A model generated the notes under the pieces. The model was not told where the DNA came from. It saw only the letters and a list, made by a program, of their open reading frames with translations, and searched no databases. The position numbers and the translations under genes are program-made. A stretch of DNA of 64,000 nt from NCBI GenBank assembly GCA_951406725.2, contig OX597816.1, positions 97,154,001 to 97,218,000 of the forward strand, given 5' to 3'. This DNA is from Octopus vulgaris. Taxonomy: Eukaryota. This document shows positions 13,813 to 26,377 of the stretch, piece by piece. Each line of letters starts with the position of its first letter. The first letter of the stretch is position 1.

Positions 13813-14763
13813 ATGTCAAGAAACTGGTCTGCGAGGGAGTTGCAATTGTTCGTCCGCGCTTGGAAGATTGCCGAGGACGACTCGCTGAACAATATTATTG
13901 CAGCGGCGCTGAAGAGCAATGATTTTTCAAGAACCACCGCCCAGATAGAGCGAAAGAAACGAGAATTTATCCGTTCATACGCTCTAATCAGGCAACATGT
14001 AGACACTCCGGACATCATCCTAGGAGGCGACGGCACCAGGGAAGGCCAAAAGGATGAAGAAAACATCCAGGACCCAACAAAAGATAAAACCAAAAAACCT
14101 AGAACACAGGGAAACAATGACACATGTCCAGCTCCCAACATCACAACTGAAGACCAAAGAGGTGCGTGCGATGGCTGCAAGAAAAGAAAAGCACCCTAAA
14201 ATTGATGGGAAACAGGAGGTAAAAGGCAAGAAAATCAAAGCTAAAACAAACTCTGTCCAGAAAAAACAAAAGGACCCCAGCAAGAACTATAAGGGCAAAG
14301 AAAAAAACATCTGCAAATTCTACCTGAAGGGGGACTGCTGGTACGGCGTCGAAGGTGCGAACTGTCGCTTTGCACATCAGGGGCCCTACCAAAACCGCAC
14401 GGACGCGAGACCGGGGTCCCTCTCTTGGGGAGAACAAAAACAAAAAGAAAAAGAAAAATATAAAAGAAGGAAAAAAAGCGCATTGACCACTCCTGAAAGA
14501 CGATATGCGGATGTGGTACGCCAACAAATGGCCAGCTTCACCCAGATGTGAGAAGTGCAGCAGCTGAACAGCAATCTTTTTTGTGCATGGCACAAAAAAT
14601 TGTTCAGCAGCTGACCTGGCTACAAGCACAAAGCTGGAACTACTACCACATAAATCCACAACCAACAGATACAGGATGGCAACCACAGACACCAACACCA
14701 ACACACACACACCACAAAAATACTTCTACTGAACGTAGGAGGGCTGCTGCGCGGAAACTGTAA
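13813..14763 (+). pseudogene. LINE ORF1, frameshifted; N-terminal Myb/SANT-like (trihelix-type) region and CCCH zinc finger
   Basis: Pieces in ORFs 13813-14199, 14054-14551 and 14548-14763. Contains NWSARELQLFVRAW...RTTAQIERKKREFIRSY and CKFYLKGDCWYGVEGANCRFAH (C-x7-C-x8-C-x3-H). Confidence 0.65.
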
Positions 14764-17662
14764 AAGTAAAATATCATTCCTGAGAGACCTTGTGACATGC
14801 AATCAAGCTATATGCATGGCACTCACAGAAACGCATCTTGAACCCGATATAGGTGATGCAGAAATACACATGCCGCAATATGCAGTCATACGCACAGATA
14901 GAAAAGGGAGGAGCCATGGTGGAGTTACAATGTACATCCGAGATGACCTCACACCCCAGGTCCTGTTGTCATATTCAAACTCAGTGTGTGAAACTCAAAT
15001 TGTACACATAAGACAACTGAATATCGTCATATGCACTACATAGCGCCCACCAGATGCCCCAAATCACTCAGGCATGTTTGAAAACTGCCTAACAAAAATA
15101 GAAGTCCTCACCAACCTTGAACAACACAACAGTGTATTCTTCATGGGTGACTTTAACTTCCCCAATGTGGAATGGCCTGGGGGAGGGGGCAGATGCTCTC
15201 AGGGATAACACACCATCAGCAGGCACAGGCAGAGTCCCTGCTCCATCTCACAAATGCCTCTTTCATGGAGCAAATAGTTCTGCAACCAACAAGGGCAGAT
15301 AATATACTGGATCTCTGCTTCACAAACAATATGGATATTATCCATAATGTTAATGTGATGCCGACAATGATCTCGGATCACAACATAATAGAGCTGTCTA
15401 TGTATGGAACAAAAGCCCCCGTAGACACACAGCCTATACGAAGCATCCACCATCTCTCCAACTTAAACTTTCATAAAGCAAACTGGAAGTTGATTAAGAA
15501 AGAGATCCTCAAACAGGATTGGCCTAAATGTCTCTCCACACCGAACATTAACATGAAACACAAACACTTCATGTCCATAATACAAGCCATATGGGACAAA
15601 TATGTCCCAGTGTGCAGGGCCAGCACACACAAAAACAAAAACAGGATCCCTAGAGAAAGGAAGATTCTTATGAGACGACGGACAAGGATTGCGAACCGCC
15701 TGAGCAAGCACACCAAAAGTGGTGAGAAGTCTCGGCTCGAGAGAATGCTAATGGAAATTGAGAAAAGTCTGCATCAGTACCGTGAAAAGGAGAGAGCAGA
15801 TAAAGAAGCTTGGGTAATAGAAAATATAAAATCAAACCCTAAAGCTTTCTTTAAATTTGCCAAAGAGACAGCCACAGTGCACCAGAGAATAGGACCTCTC
15901 TTCCAAAAAGATGGCTCTCTCACAGGAAATCCCACGAGGATAAGTGAAATACTGAACGAACAATTCCAAAGTGTGTTCACTACATCTCTAGGATACGGGC
16001 AAGTAAACAACCCAGAAGAATTCTTTGCCACTTTACCTGCGGCCAAAGAGGCAAAAATCGAGTACACCAACATCGAAGATGATGATATCACACTAGCCAT
16101 AGATGAGATTGACACAAACTCAGCTGCTGGACCTGATGGATTCCCAGCGATCCTTCTCAAATCGTGCAAACGAGCCCTTGCAAAACCGCTACAGCTTCTT
16201 TTTCAGAGCTTTCTTGCAAGTGGTAAGCTCCCAGTCAAATTGAAAGAGGGGGTAATATGCCCTATCCATAAGGGAGGTAGCAGAGCAGATGCTAAAAATT
16301 ATAGGCCTATCTCTCTGACCTCACACATCAGCAAAGTCATGGAACGAATAGTCCGTAAGAAACTAATCATGTTCCTTGAAGAAAATGACTTGCTGTCTGA
16401 CACCCAGCATGGATTTCGACCAGGTAGAAGCTGCCTAACACAGCTCCTGCAACACTATGACTGGGTGTTGAAACAGCTACTAAATGAGACAAATGTGGAT
16501 GTAATATATCTCAACTTTGCAAAAGCCTTTGATAAAGTCGACCAAGGTATGATCTGTCACAAACTGCGTGGTCTCGGCATAGGCGGAAAACTTGGAGAGT
16601 GGCTGCACAACTTCCTAAAAGACAGAAAACAGGCAGTTGTGAGCAATGGAGCCACCTCCAAGGAAACACAAATAACAAGCGGTGTCCCACAGGGTACTGT
16701 CTTGGGGCCACTGATGTTCATAGTGGCCCTTTCAGACATGCCTTCAGTTGCTACGATGACCACCCTTGCTAGCTATGCAGATGACACAACAGTCTCCCAC
16801 ACAATACAAAGCCCTGAAAATATTGCGCATCTGCAACAGGAGTTGGACACAATATACAGGTGGGCTGAGGACAACAACATGCAGTTTAATGCACACAAAG
16901 GTAAACGACGTACAGACTGGATACACTGGCCCAGGAAGAATTGCAATCCCTGAGTCAAAATCAGTGCGTGACCTGGGCATTGACATGAGCAATGATGCAT
17001 CTTTCCAAGTGCATATTACTAATCTGGTGATAAAATGCAGACGGCTAGCTGGATGGATTCTCCGAACTTTCAGAACAAGAGAGAAGGAAACACTGATGGT
17101 CCTATGGAAAACATTCGTCCTCAGCCGCTTGGACTACTGCTCCCAACGATGGTCACCACACAATATAAAACTAATAGCAGAACTCGAAGCAATTCAGAGA
17201 AGCTACACAAAGAAAATCGTCTCAATGCAAAATATCAGCTACTGGAAAAGACTGAAAGTATTAAACCTCTTCTCCCTAGAGCGAAGGCGGGAGAGATATG
17301 CGGTGATATATATCTAGAAAATCCTGGAGGGTCTTGTCCATAACTTTGGCATTCAAAGTAACCCCAACCGCAGAACGGGGCGCCACTGCATGGTGCCAAA
17401 GATTCCAACATCACCATCAAAATACAGGTCCAGATACTGCAACAGCTTGGGTTTCAGAGGACCACAGCTCTTTAACATCCTCCCTAAATGCCTGAGAGAC
17501 TTACATGGTGTGGATGTGGGTTTCTTTAAAACTAAACTGGATCTCTCCTTGTCGGGAGTCCCAGATGAACATACCGCACGACAGGAGACGCAGATGCGGG
17601 CAGCAGCATCGAACTCCCTTGTTGATCAAGTGCCACGTATCAGAGGTGGATTGACATATTAG
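14676..17662 (+). pseudogene. LINE ORF2 (APE endonuclease + reverse transcriptase), disrupted
   Basis: Motifs ILLLNVGGL, LTETHL, GGVTMY, *RPP, GDFNFP, ILDLCF, SDHN, GPDG, NYRPISLTS, QHGFR, FAKAFDKV, SGVPQGTVLGP, YADD, RDLG, RRRERY. In-frame stops at 15041 and 17315; frameshifts near 14705, 15185 and 16890. The first catalytic Asp reads Asn (YLNFAK). Confidence 0.95.
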
Positions 17663-17739
17663 TGTAGCTCATTCAGCGGTGGTGCCCCAGCATGGCCGCG
17701 ACCTTCGGGCTAAAACATTTTTAAGGATTTAAGGATTTA

Positions 17740-18300
17740 TATATGCATACATGCATACATGCATAAATGTATACATACATACATACATACATACACACAC
17801 ATATTCATACATAAAAGAGACCAAAGTGTACGTACGCCGCTATATGTTTTATATATAAAAAATACAAAATGGAACAAGAACGCAAAAAAATTCAGACAGG
17901 TGATACAAAGAAAACAAGGACGGGTCATTCGGAGTTTTCTTTCCTCAGTTGAGTTCCAGATTATCTTTGCAATTTCAGCTGGTTCGCCGTCCATGCAACA
18001 TCTATATTCCTTCCTGTGCCTGTGAAATCCTGTATCCCTGCTGTAAGGCTTTACTTTCACACACGTCAGCTTAATTTAATTCGTCGTTAGTCGAAAGACA
18101 CATGATGTTAAATTCTGTTATTTGTATTTGTATAACATTCTCCGTCTTTTTCCGTCTTTGTTTCCTTATATATTCGCTTCTTTCTTACAAGGAATCTAAT
18201 GCTCTTACGTATGTATGTATGTATGTATGTATGTATGTATGTATGTATGTATGTATGTATGTATGTATGTATGTATGTATGTATGTATGTATGTATGTAT
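17740..18300. repeat. ~400-bp repeat-like insert flanked by (ATAC)n on the left and (GTAT)n on the right
   Basis: The flanking tetranucleotide microsatellites (17745-17795, 18209-18300) are reverse complements of each other. No credible ORF inside. Confidence 0.45.
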
Positions 18301-19642
18301 TATATTGTGTGTGTAAAACATGGCCACATATTCACTGTGAATGAATCGCTCTTTTTGACATATCACAAAATCACAAATACTTTAAGAGAGAATCACAAAC
18401 TGAATTTCATTTAGTAAACAAAGCTACATATGAGCTGGCGGCTGATAGCTGACTTTAGCTAAAAGCTATCTTTAAGAATTTGTTCAAAAGAATTCTATAG
18501 ACTTTACTAATCATGGACAAAAAATATTTTAGAAGACATTCATTATCATCTGTGAAATGATCAACAGTCATTAAAATACCATTTAGGAAAAAAATCTTCA
18601 GGTATGTATGCATGTATGTATGTATGCATTTCTGTGTGTATGTATATATGCATTTGAGTGTGCATGTATATATGTGTATATATGAATATGCGTTTACTTA
18701 TATTCACACGTGTGGGCTTTCTGTTTGTGTTTGTGTGTGTGTTTCATATTAGAAATTGGATCACTCAGATGTAGTGACGTTATGAACTATATATATCAAT
18801 TGCAGCTGATTGAGCTCATTTCTACAACGTCATCATTTGAAATATCTGGCAAATTCCATTGTTGTTTGTAAAAACTAGAGCAATTATACAAAAGTAACAT
18901 ATTTCAACCCGCATTTATGAACCTGGTTCAACTTCTAGTATGTTGTTGGTTCTAAAAAAGACAATAGTTCTAACCAGACATCTAATCCTAAAAAATAATA
19001 TAGCATTGAAATGCTAAAAAATATATAACATTGAAATACAAAAAAATAATATAGCATTGAAATACAAAAACAAAAACCATGAAAACATTCACGCTATATT
19101 TTACTCCACGACACAATAATTATTTAACAATAGAAACTGTTGATAATTAGTTTCCTGACTTGCACTCTGTTGACTTCACTCTGTGGAGCTAGAGATAGCA
19201 TTACTAGCGCTTTATAAACAATCAAAACACGAAAGAATTAATATGAAAAAAACCCAACAAAAATCAATGCCCTTAGAGAGACATAGTCTGAGACTAAATT
19301 TACGCGTTGTTCGTTTATTCAACTATTCAACAAATGACAGTTGTAATTTAACGTATACTTTCAACTGGCCAGCTCACGTAGCCGCCTTTCCATCGCTATA
19401 GAACTTTCAGTAAATGGAATGATAAATACGGTCACTGTTAGTGGGTTCTGGATCGGGGGTTTCATTGTCTTGAGAAGTGCAGAGCCACCTCTTAACCTCT
19501 ATAACACCCCCCACACACCACATACACACACATATCATGAATATATGTGTGTTTGTGTGTGTGCATCTTTTTCTCTTAATTTAGAATCAATTTTAACCGG
19601 CCACCTACTTGGTACCAAGGCTGTGAGGGAATATTGCTTTGT

Positions 19643-21332
19643 TCATCGTAATTTAAATCTTAAGAAAGTCTTGCAGAATTTTATAATTCTGGATATCACG
19701 ATCATTGGTAGTGTATAAACTAAGGATTTGCGTTCTCTACTCAAAATCACAAGTTCAGCCATACTTTGCTCCAGACGGGTTAATAAGCATCCTGTTGCTC
19801 TAATAATAATAGATATGAAACTGGAAGTGCATCTTTGGTACAGTATTTTCAAACATTTTATCAATGGTCCATAGATGTCCTATTTCTCTTGTATTTTTTT
19901 AGCTACATTGGTATCCAGAATGCACATGATTTCCACAAAGGAGCATATGCTTTCTTTATGGTCCCACACAACAATATCTGGCCGGTTAGGTTTTAACTTG
20001 GTAGCCCTTTTAATTCTCAGATTTCATTAATATTCTATTGAACCATCGGTCGCAATATAGTCAATTTCCTTTGATGGTATTTTCATTTTTGTTATCTTGT
20101 TCTCCACCGTTCTGGCTACCACATTATGCCTCATGGGAAGATAATATTTAAAAGATATTCTCGTAATAATGTGGTTGATGTCTACAGTCTTGGTCCTTTT
20201 TAGTCAGTCATTTGTTATCGGTCAACGTTTTCTGCCTTTGATGTTATAAGTATTTGATGGGGAATCTCTTGTTCTTGAATTGCATGGAGGTGACCTTCAA
20301 AGTGGGGCGCCATAAACCTCTCGGAATTGTATGTCAAGCTTTTGATATGAGCAATCCTTTTCTACGTTTTGAATTTTTTGTGCCAAGTATCCATGTACAA
20401 TCTCATCAGTGAACTGGTCCATTTTGTTTTATTTTACCCTTCTGATTAAATATATTTTACTAATGATGCATGGGGAGAAATCTGTAACAGCTCTTATCAG
20501 ATAGCGCACCCCACTTAAGTTCATTAGCTATACTAATTGTGTTGTTGATTTCATGGTCACAAACGTGGGCAAGATAGTTATTCTTCACTTTCCTATGGTG
20601 CAGATATTGCTTTAGTGTCACAGCACGTGCTTCATAGGACACAAGTACAAATTTGAGCCCACAGCCACCATCTTTGCCTGGGATGTATAGCCTGTATACA
20701 TCTTCATTGATGCTAAATTTACCTGTAACACTGAGCAGCCTGAGCGTTCGGACATCCATCTCTCTGCGTTCTTGTAGTGAACAGTTCATGTCAAATGTAA
20801 GCGTGAAGACAGGCCCTGCAAAGGTGTGGGCAACATTCTGCTAGGCTGAGAGTTCTGATGGCCATGTTCCCTTTACTCTCCTGGGGTATTCATTACACGT
20901 CCTCTCATTATTGATGGGCCTATCGTATCTATCATTGTCATAATGTCTAGGATATGTATAATTGTCATCTGACTGCAGAAGTCGTATGTCAAACCGTTCA
21001 CGTTTAGGTTTTCATAGGAGGACATAACTTTTCCACGTTTTATTGTCAAAAATGCACATTTGAATTCATTAAATTTCATTCCATTGTCTGTAGAAAATTG
21101 GGCAACGTGATAAAATGATTTTTTTTATGTGGTCGATATTTGACCCATACAGTTTCAGGTCGTCGACAAAGAAACGATGGTAGAAACTTCTGGATATATT
21201 TCTATGACCGCTATGCTTTGTGAACAGGTATGATAGCGGATGAGAGGAAGAAGAACGACACCGACAAGCAAACACCCAGTAAGATGCCTTTTTGGCAGTG
21301 AATGCTACCCGACTCAATTTGTTCTTCAACAT
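19643..21332 (-). mobile_element. Decayed Dong/R4-type (RLE) LINE, 3' part of ORF
   Basis: Minus-strand fragments FFVDDLKLY (RT), MKFNEFKCAFLTIKRGKV, RLYIPGKDGGCGLK, an RPDIVVWD-like endonuclease motif near 19965-19985, and C-terminal KFCKTFL. Many stops and frameshifts. Confidence 0.8.
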
Positions 21333-21669
21333 ACTTAAGGAGAAAAGTGCTGTATCAAGTCTTGGTCAGGCATTAGATTGCACTCATTAGTCGTTGTGAG
21401 ATTTTAGCTAGCTGCACAGCCTTGATAATCCACCATGTGGTATACTATTTAAACCTTCTGGTAGTCAAGCCATGGTACAGTTAAGTTACTGCTATATTTT
21501 ACTGTACGCATTTATGTATGTGTATGAATGAGCGAGTGTGTGTGTGTGTGTGTGTGCTGAATTTCACAATTTGTATGTTTCTATTTTTCATGGGCAGCTT
21601 CTTGTTTTGGCAAACAGTCAACGCTATAGGAGAGCATAAAGATTAAACTTGTAGTTAAGAAAAATTTAG

Positions 21670-22110
21670 CTGACATGGAGGACTGGAAACCATCAGAATA
21701 TTGGAAAAGACTTATCTGTATTACGATGATTCGAACTGGGTACCAAAATACTGACATCACGACTGCAGCTCAGGGCTCTGTGAATAAGGTAAACGCTGTA
21801 AGATATGACATGGACAGCTGTATCAGGGACTAAGAAGCGATTGCTAGTAGGCAGTGCCACAATAGTAGTTCTGCCTGCGTCTGCAAACCGGTTGATCCCA
21901 ACACCTTTGAACAGACTCTTAAGCTCATTTCAGGCGAGTATATGAAGCTGCTGGAAAATGTGGTCAAACTTTGGCTGCAGAAGACTGGTGGTGGAAGGCC
22001 ATATGTGTCGCAACATGAATCGGCTCTTTACCATACTTTGGAAAGAGTGGGAAGTGGTTATCAGGGAATTTCTACGACTTAACCAACTCCAATTTCTGGC
22101 TGCCTAAGAT
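21670..22110 (+). mobile_element. Internally deleted Tc1/mariner (maT/DD37D-like) transposase remnant
   Basis: N-terminal MEDWKPSEYWKR..IRTGYQNTDI. Later EYMKLLENVVKLWLQKTGGGRPYVSQHESALYHT and [18 protein letters not shown] resemble the RPYVWQQDSAPCH / WPPNSPD regions. Confidence 0.65.
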
Positions 22111-22233
22111 CAATGCAGTGTTCAAAGATCTTGCCACGGGCTAAGTGAAGAACGAATACATCAAATTCCAGAGCCATCTCGCTCTCGTCCGCTTTCTCTG
22201 TCTCTCTGTCTCTTTCTGCCTCTCGGTTTGTGC

Positions 22234-22293
<60 letters not shown>

Positions 22294-22461
22294 GCTTGCA
22301 TTTGTTTATGTATGTATATATATGTATGTATAGTTTTAATATTCTGATCACACTCTAAGAGTCAGCTTTCATCTTCAATATTCCTGTCTTAGTAAAATAA
22401 CTAGTAGTCAAATATTGAGATCGAATACCTCCCAAATTAGAAATCATTAATTTATTTTCAA

Positions 22462-22665
22462 GCAATGGGTTGACAGAAATAGTAAAATACAAGACTAAAT
22501 ATCATTCACTATTCATTTTAATCCTTCTATTATCTGATTTCAAATCACGCGAAGGTCAACTTTACATTTTTTCCTCCCCAGATTGGAAAACGTGTATTAG
22601 TCACGAATTCCAGTCAAATTATATCATTTCATATAACTAATGCCCTCACAAACAATCTGACAAAA
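22462..22665 (+). mobile_element. Degenerate SINE, family B (Nin-domain-like core)
   Basis: tctgatttcaaatcacgcgaaggtcaactttacattttttcctcc resembles the copies at 37.2, 38.8 and 52.8 kb. Confidence 0.45.
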
Positions 22666-23476
22666 TCGATACGTATCAATGGCAGAAATGATGAAACATG
22701 CATAAGTAGAAAGGAAAAACAGTTTGCATATTTATTTTAAGCATAATAGTGGAAGTCAGTGCGTTGCAAAATTCATTATATTCACCGAAAGAAATTCTAC
22801 ATTTACAACAAAGATACGTTGTGTATTTTTGCAAAACGATTTGGATTAAATTTCTTACTTTATGGTTCCCCACCCAAGATAGAAAACTTCGATGTGACCT
22901 CGTACAAAGTTTGAAGACAGAACATAGAGAGAAGAATCTTATACGCTTCCTCCGGGTCTGGTTGTATAGTGTCATTAACAATAGTTGTGTTAGCTCACAG
23001 TGTTGTTTGTAACAGTAATCTCGGGTTATCAGTTTTTGGGAAATGGGTTCCGCTAGACTAGCTCAAACTAGACACACTAAACGAAAGGTTGTTTTTGTCA
23101 AATTTTCATTTCTAAAAAATGAAAAGGTTTAAGCAGAAATTTTTTGGTTGTTCAAAAGAACAGTTTTTGAAGGGAAATCGAAGTATTTTGATTTTATTGT
23201 TCTGAGTGATGATAAAAATAACGAAAAAATATTTAAAAACTGTGAAAACAAAAAAAAAAAACGAAAAAAAAAACAAAAACAAAAGGCAACTGATGCATTA
23301 TTGCAACGCAGCATGTAGTAGGACGGACATAAATGCTGCAATGCATTAAACCAGAGTCTCTTACAGTAGATATCAAAATCAAATTTCTTCATATTCTGAT
23401 TCATTGTGTAACACATTTCCAGTAAACTATGACCTCTGAACTTCATAAGTGTGTGTTTGTACAAGTGTGTGTAGGC

Positions 23477-23477
<1 letters not shown>

Positions 23478-23528
<51 letters not shown>

Positions 23529-23564
23529 GAATATATGTGCGTCTGTTTATTATATGTATATGTT

Positions 23565-23628
<64 letters not shown>

Positions 23629-23653
23629 AAATGAATATATGTGCGTCTGTTTA

Positions 23654-23700
<47 letters not shown>

Positions 23701-23708
23701 AATGTATG

Positions 23709-23791
<83 letters not shown>
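23478..23791. repeat. Compound (TA)n/(CA)n microsatellite with a duplicated ~35-bp spacer
   Basis: atgaatatatgtgcgtctgtttattatatgtatat occurs at 23527 and 23631; (CA)n at 23712-23791. Confidence 0.9.
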
Positions 23792-23793
<2 letters not shown>

Positions 23794-24422
23794 ATGTATA
23801 CGTATATAAGCTGCTGCTGAAATTTTTGTCATGATTTTGTTAAATAAATAATAACATGAAACGATTGATAGATAAATATAAAACGTGTTCTTGTGTTTGT
23901 TTGTATGTGAATGTATGTGTGTGCTTGTGTCTGTATGAGAGACAGATACAGAGGGTAGAGAGAGAAATAAACAGAAACGCGAAGTAGGGAGAAGGCGAGG
24001 AAGAGGTTATAGGAGAGAATGCGAAAGAGGGTGAGAAATGGGATGAGGAAAGAGAATACAAGAACCGATGATAGACAGTGAAAAAGAATCATGAAACTGT
24101 TGGTAAAAATTATGTATCACGAAGAAAGAAAAAAGAACGAAGGTAGATCCTCTTTTTTTAGGCATTACGATGCACTGAAGAAAAACAAGACACATAAACA
24201 AAACTGAACAGAGAGAGGGAAAGCAAAGTAAAAACGAAAAAAAAAAAACCTAGGCGAGTTTCATTGAAATAAATATGAAATAATTGCATCGAGGTAGAGT
24301 CATGTTAGCCATTTAAACGAACACATAAAGCATTATATTCAATTTTGTTTTATTTTGTTATGATGGTCAATGATGTTCTGTTCCCCCGAGATGCTTTGCA
24401 ACAGAATATCTGCCTTTTATAT

Positions 24423-24423
<1 letters not shown>

Positions 24424-24504
<81 letters not shown>

Positions 24505-24539
24505 TAATAATAATAATAACAATAATAATAATAATAATA

Positions 24540-24571
<32 letters not shown>

Positions 24572-24593
24572 AATGATGATGATAATGATGATG
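24424..24593. repeat. (TAA)n grading into (TGA)n trinucleotide microsatellite
   Basis: Read directly from the sequence. Confidence 0.95.
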
Positions 24594-24983
24594 ACGCAGG
24601 CGTGGCTCTGTGGTAAGAAGCTTGCTTCCCAACTACAAACTTCCGGGTTCAGTCCCACTGCGTGGCACCTTGGGCGAGTGTTTTCTACTATAACGTCAGG
24701 CCGACCAAAGCCTTGTGAGTGGATAGGTAGACGGAAACTGAAAGAAGCCCGTCGTATATATATATGTTTGTGTGACATTGTGAATATGTTTGTCTCCTCC
24801 ACATCAATCGACAATCAGTGTTGGTGTGTTTACGTCCCCGTAACCTAGCATTTCGTCAAAAAGGCTGAAAGTATAAATACCAGGTTTACAAAGAATATGT
24901 TCTGGGGTCAATTTCTTCGACTAAAAGGCAGTGCTACAGTATTGCCGCAGCCAAACGACTGAAACAAGTAAAGAATAAAAAAA
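24593..24983 (+). mobile_element. tRNA-derived SINE, family A
   Basis: A-box-like TGGCTCTGTGG and B-box-like GGTTCAGTCC; colinear with 45009-45478; ends gactgaaacaagtaaagaataaaa. Confidence 0.88.
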
Positions 24984-24999
24984 ATTTTCATATGTATGT

Positions 25000-25156
25000 A
25001 TCTATTCTTTGTAAGCCTGGCACTTATATTTTCGGCCTCTTTGCCGAACCTTTAGGTTACGGGGATGTAAACACATCAACAATGATTGTCAAGTGATGGT
25101 GAAGGAGACAAACACAGACACAACGACACACACAAACACACACACACAAAAACATA

Positions 25157-25209
<53 letters not shown>

Positions 25210-25247
25210 GACGGGCTTCTTTCAGTTTCCGTCTACCAAATCCACTA
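25000..25247 (-). mobile_element. Partial SINE family A copy in opposite orientation
   Basis: Reverse complement of ggtagacggaaactgaaagaagcccgtcg-(TA)n-(TG)n-...tttacatccccgtaac. Confidence 0.8.
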
Positions 25248-25451
25248 CGTCCCCGTATATATATATATGTATGTAGGTATGTGTGTGCGTGTGTGTGTGT
25301 GTGTGCGTGCGTATGACAGAGTGAAACAAAAAATGAATATTATAGTATATGTGTGTTTTAAATGGCCATCATGACTCTATCTCGTTGCAATTGCCTCAAA
25401 ATCGACAAACAATCTAAGAACAAATCACTTGCCAAACAATATAGTCTTTGA

Positions 25452-25482
<31 letters not shown>

Positions 25483-26099
25483 CGCAAAAAAAATACATGT
25501 AGGTTAAGAGTGGAATAATTACAAAATAACATAAAAATATGAGTTTGAGAGATATAATATAAAATAAGAAAATTATATGTCAGTTTGGGTGAAACAACCA
25601 CAAAATAACAAAATAACAGTGAAATCTGTTTGAATGAAATAACATAAAGCAGAATAAAAAAATAATTTGAGACAGAATTTTTTTTTATATTTAGAACAAT
25701 CGAATCACAATAATAAATATTTTGAAAATTGTATGGTCTCGAGATTTTTTTCGTAGGATATCATTTTTATAATGTTTTTGTAGATATTCGATCTAGCAAT
25801 AATACTGATGGTGGTGATGCGGATGGTGTTTTTTATTTGTGGTGATAGTAGTGATCTTTGCAGTTATTTGAGTTAGTTTTGAAGGTGATAGAAGTACATT
25901 TGTTAGTGATTTGGGCGGTAGTAGAAGAGGCGTTTGTAATGTTATTGTGTTGGTGGTAGCAAAGATATCGTTTGTGATTATAATGGTAGTTATATTTTTG
26001 ACTTTTGACTTCCTGGTCTTGGTGGTGCATTGGCAATGATGGTAAATATCGTTGGTGTTCATGATTGTAGAATTCATGTTATTGTTTGAATTATGTCGA

Positions 26100-26290
26100 T
26101 GTTATTTAGCTCCAGGTTAATCCTGATCGAGCAGACCTATGATCAATGGTAATTCAACTGTGACCATTTCATTTTACTTTTTATTGATAGTATGCATAGA
26201 AATAATTTATCCGTGTACTTTCCGAATGAATGGGTAAAGTGTTATTTGAGGGAAATTCATTGTTATTTTTCACACCCTCTCGTGAGGGTT
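26100..26290 (+). repeat. Copy of an unclassified dispersed short repeat family
   Basis: cctgatcgagcagacctatgatcaa-like motif also at ~12435, ~27355 and ~39365; gtgtgatttgag-like motif also at ~28415, ~28686 and ~39456. Confidence 0.5.
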
Positions 26291-26377
26291 TTAAATTGTC
26301 TAACCTACGTCAGCATTGACCTTGCATATAAAAGGCACAATAGATATGACTTATTGTTTTTTCTGCCTCAAAATATA

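Larger units (their letters stand above)
13813..17738 (+). mobile_element. Near-full-length CR1-group (APE-RT) non-LTR retrotransposon, inactivated
   Basis: ORF1 followed by APE endonuclease and RT motifs, a short 3' UTR with a stem-loop, and a (TTTAAGGA)2 tail ending ~17738. Confidence 0.92.

Noticed and set aside
12618-13888. Long Leu/Ser/Pro-rich ORFs
   Set aside because: A CT-rich tract cannot easily form stop codons; compositional artefact.
17915-17985. Minus-strand CUGAGGA as a hammerhead core
   Set aside because: It is followed by GAAU, not GAAA, and I could not build consistent stems.
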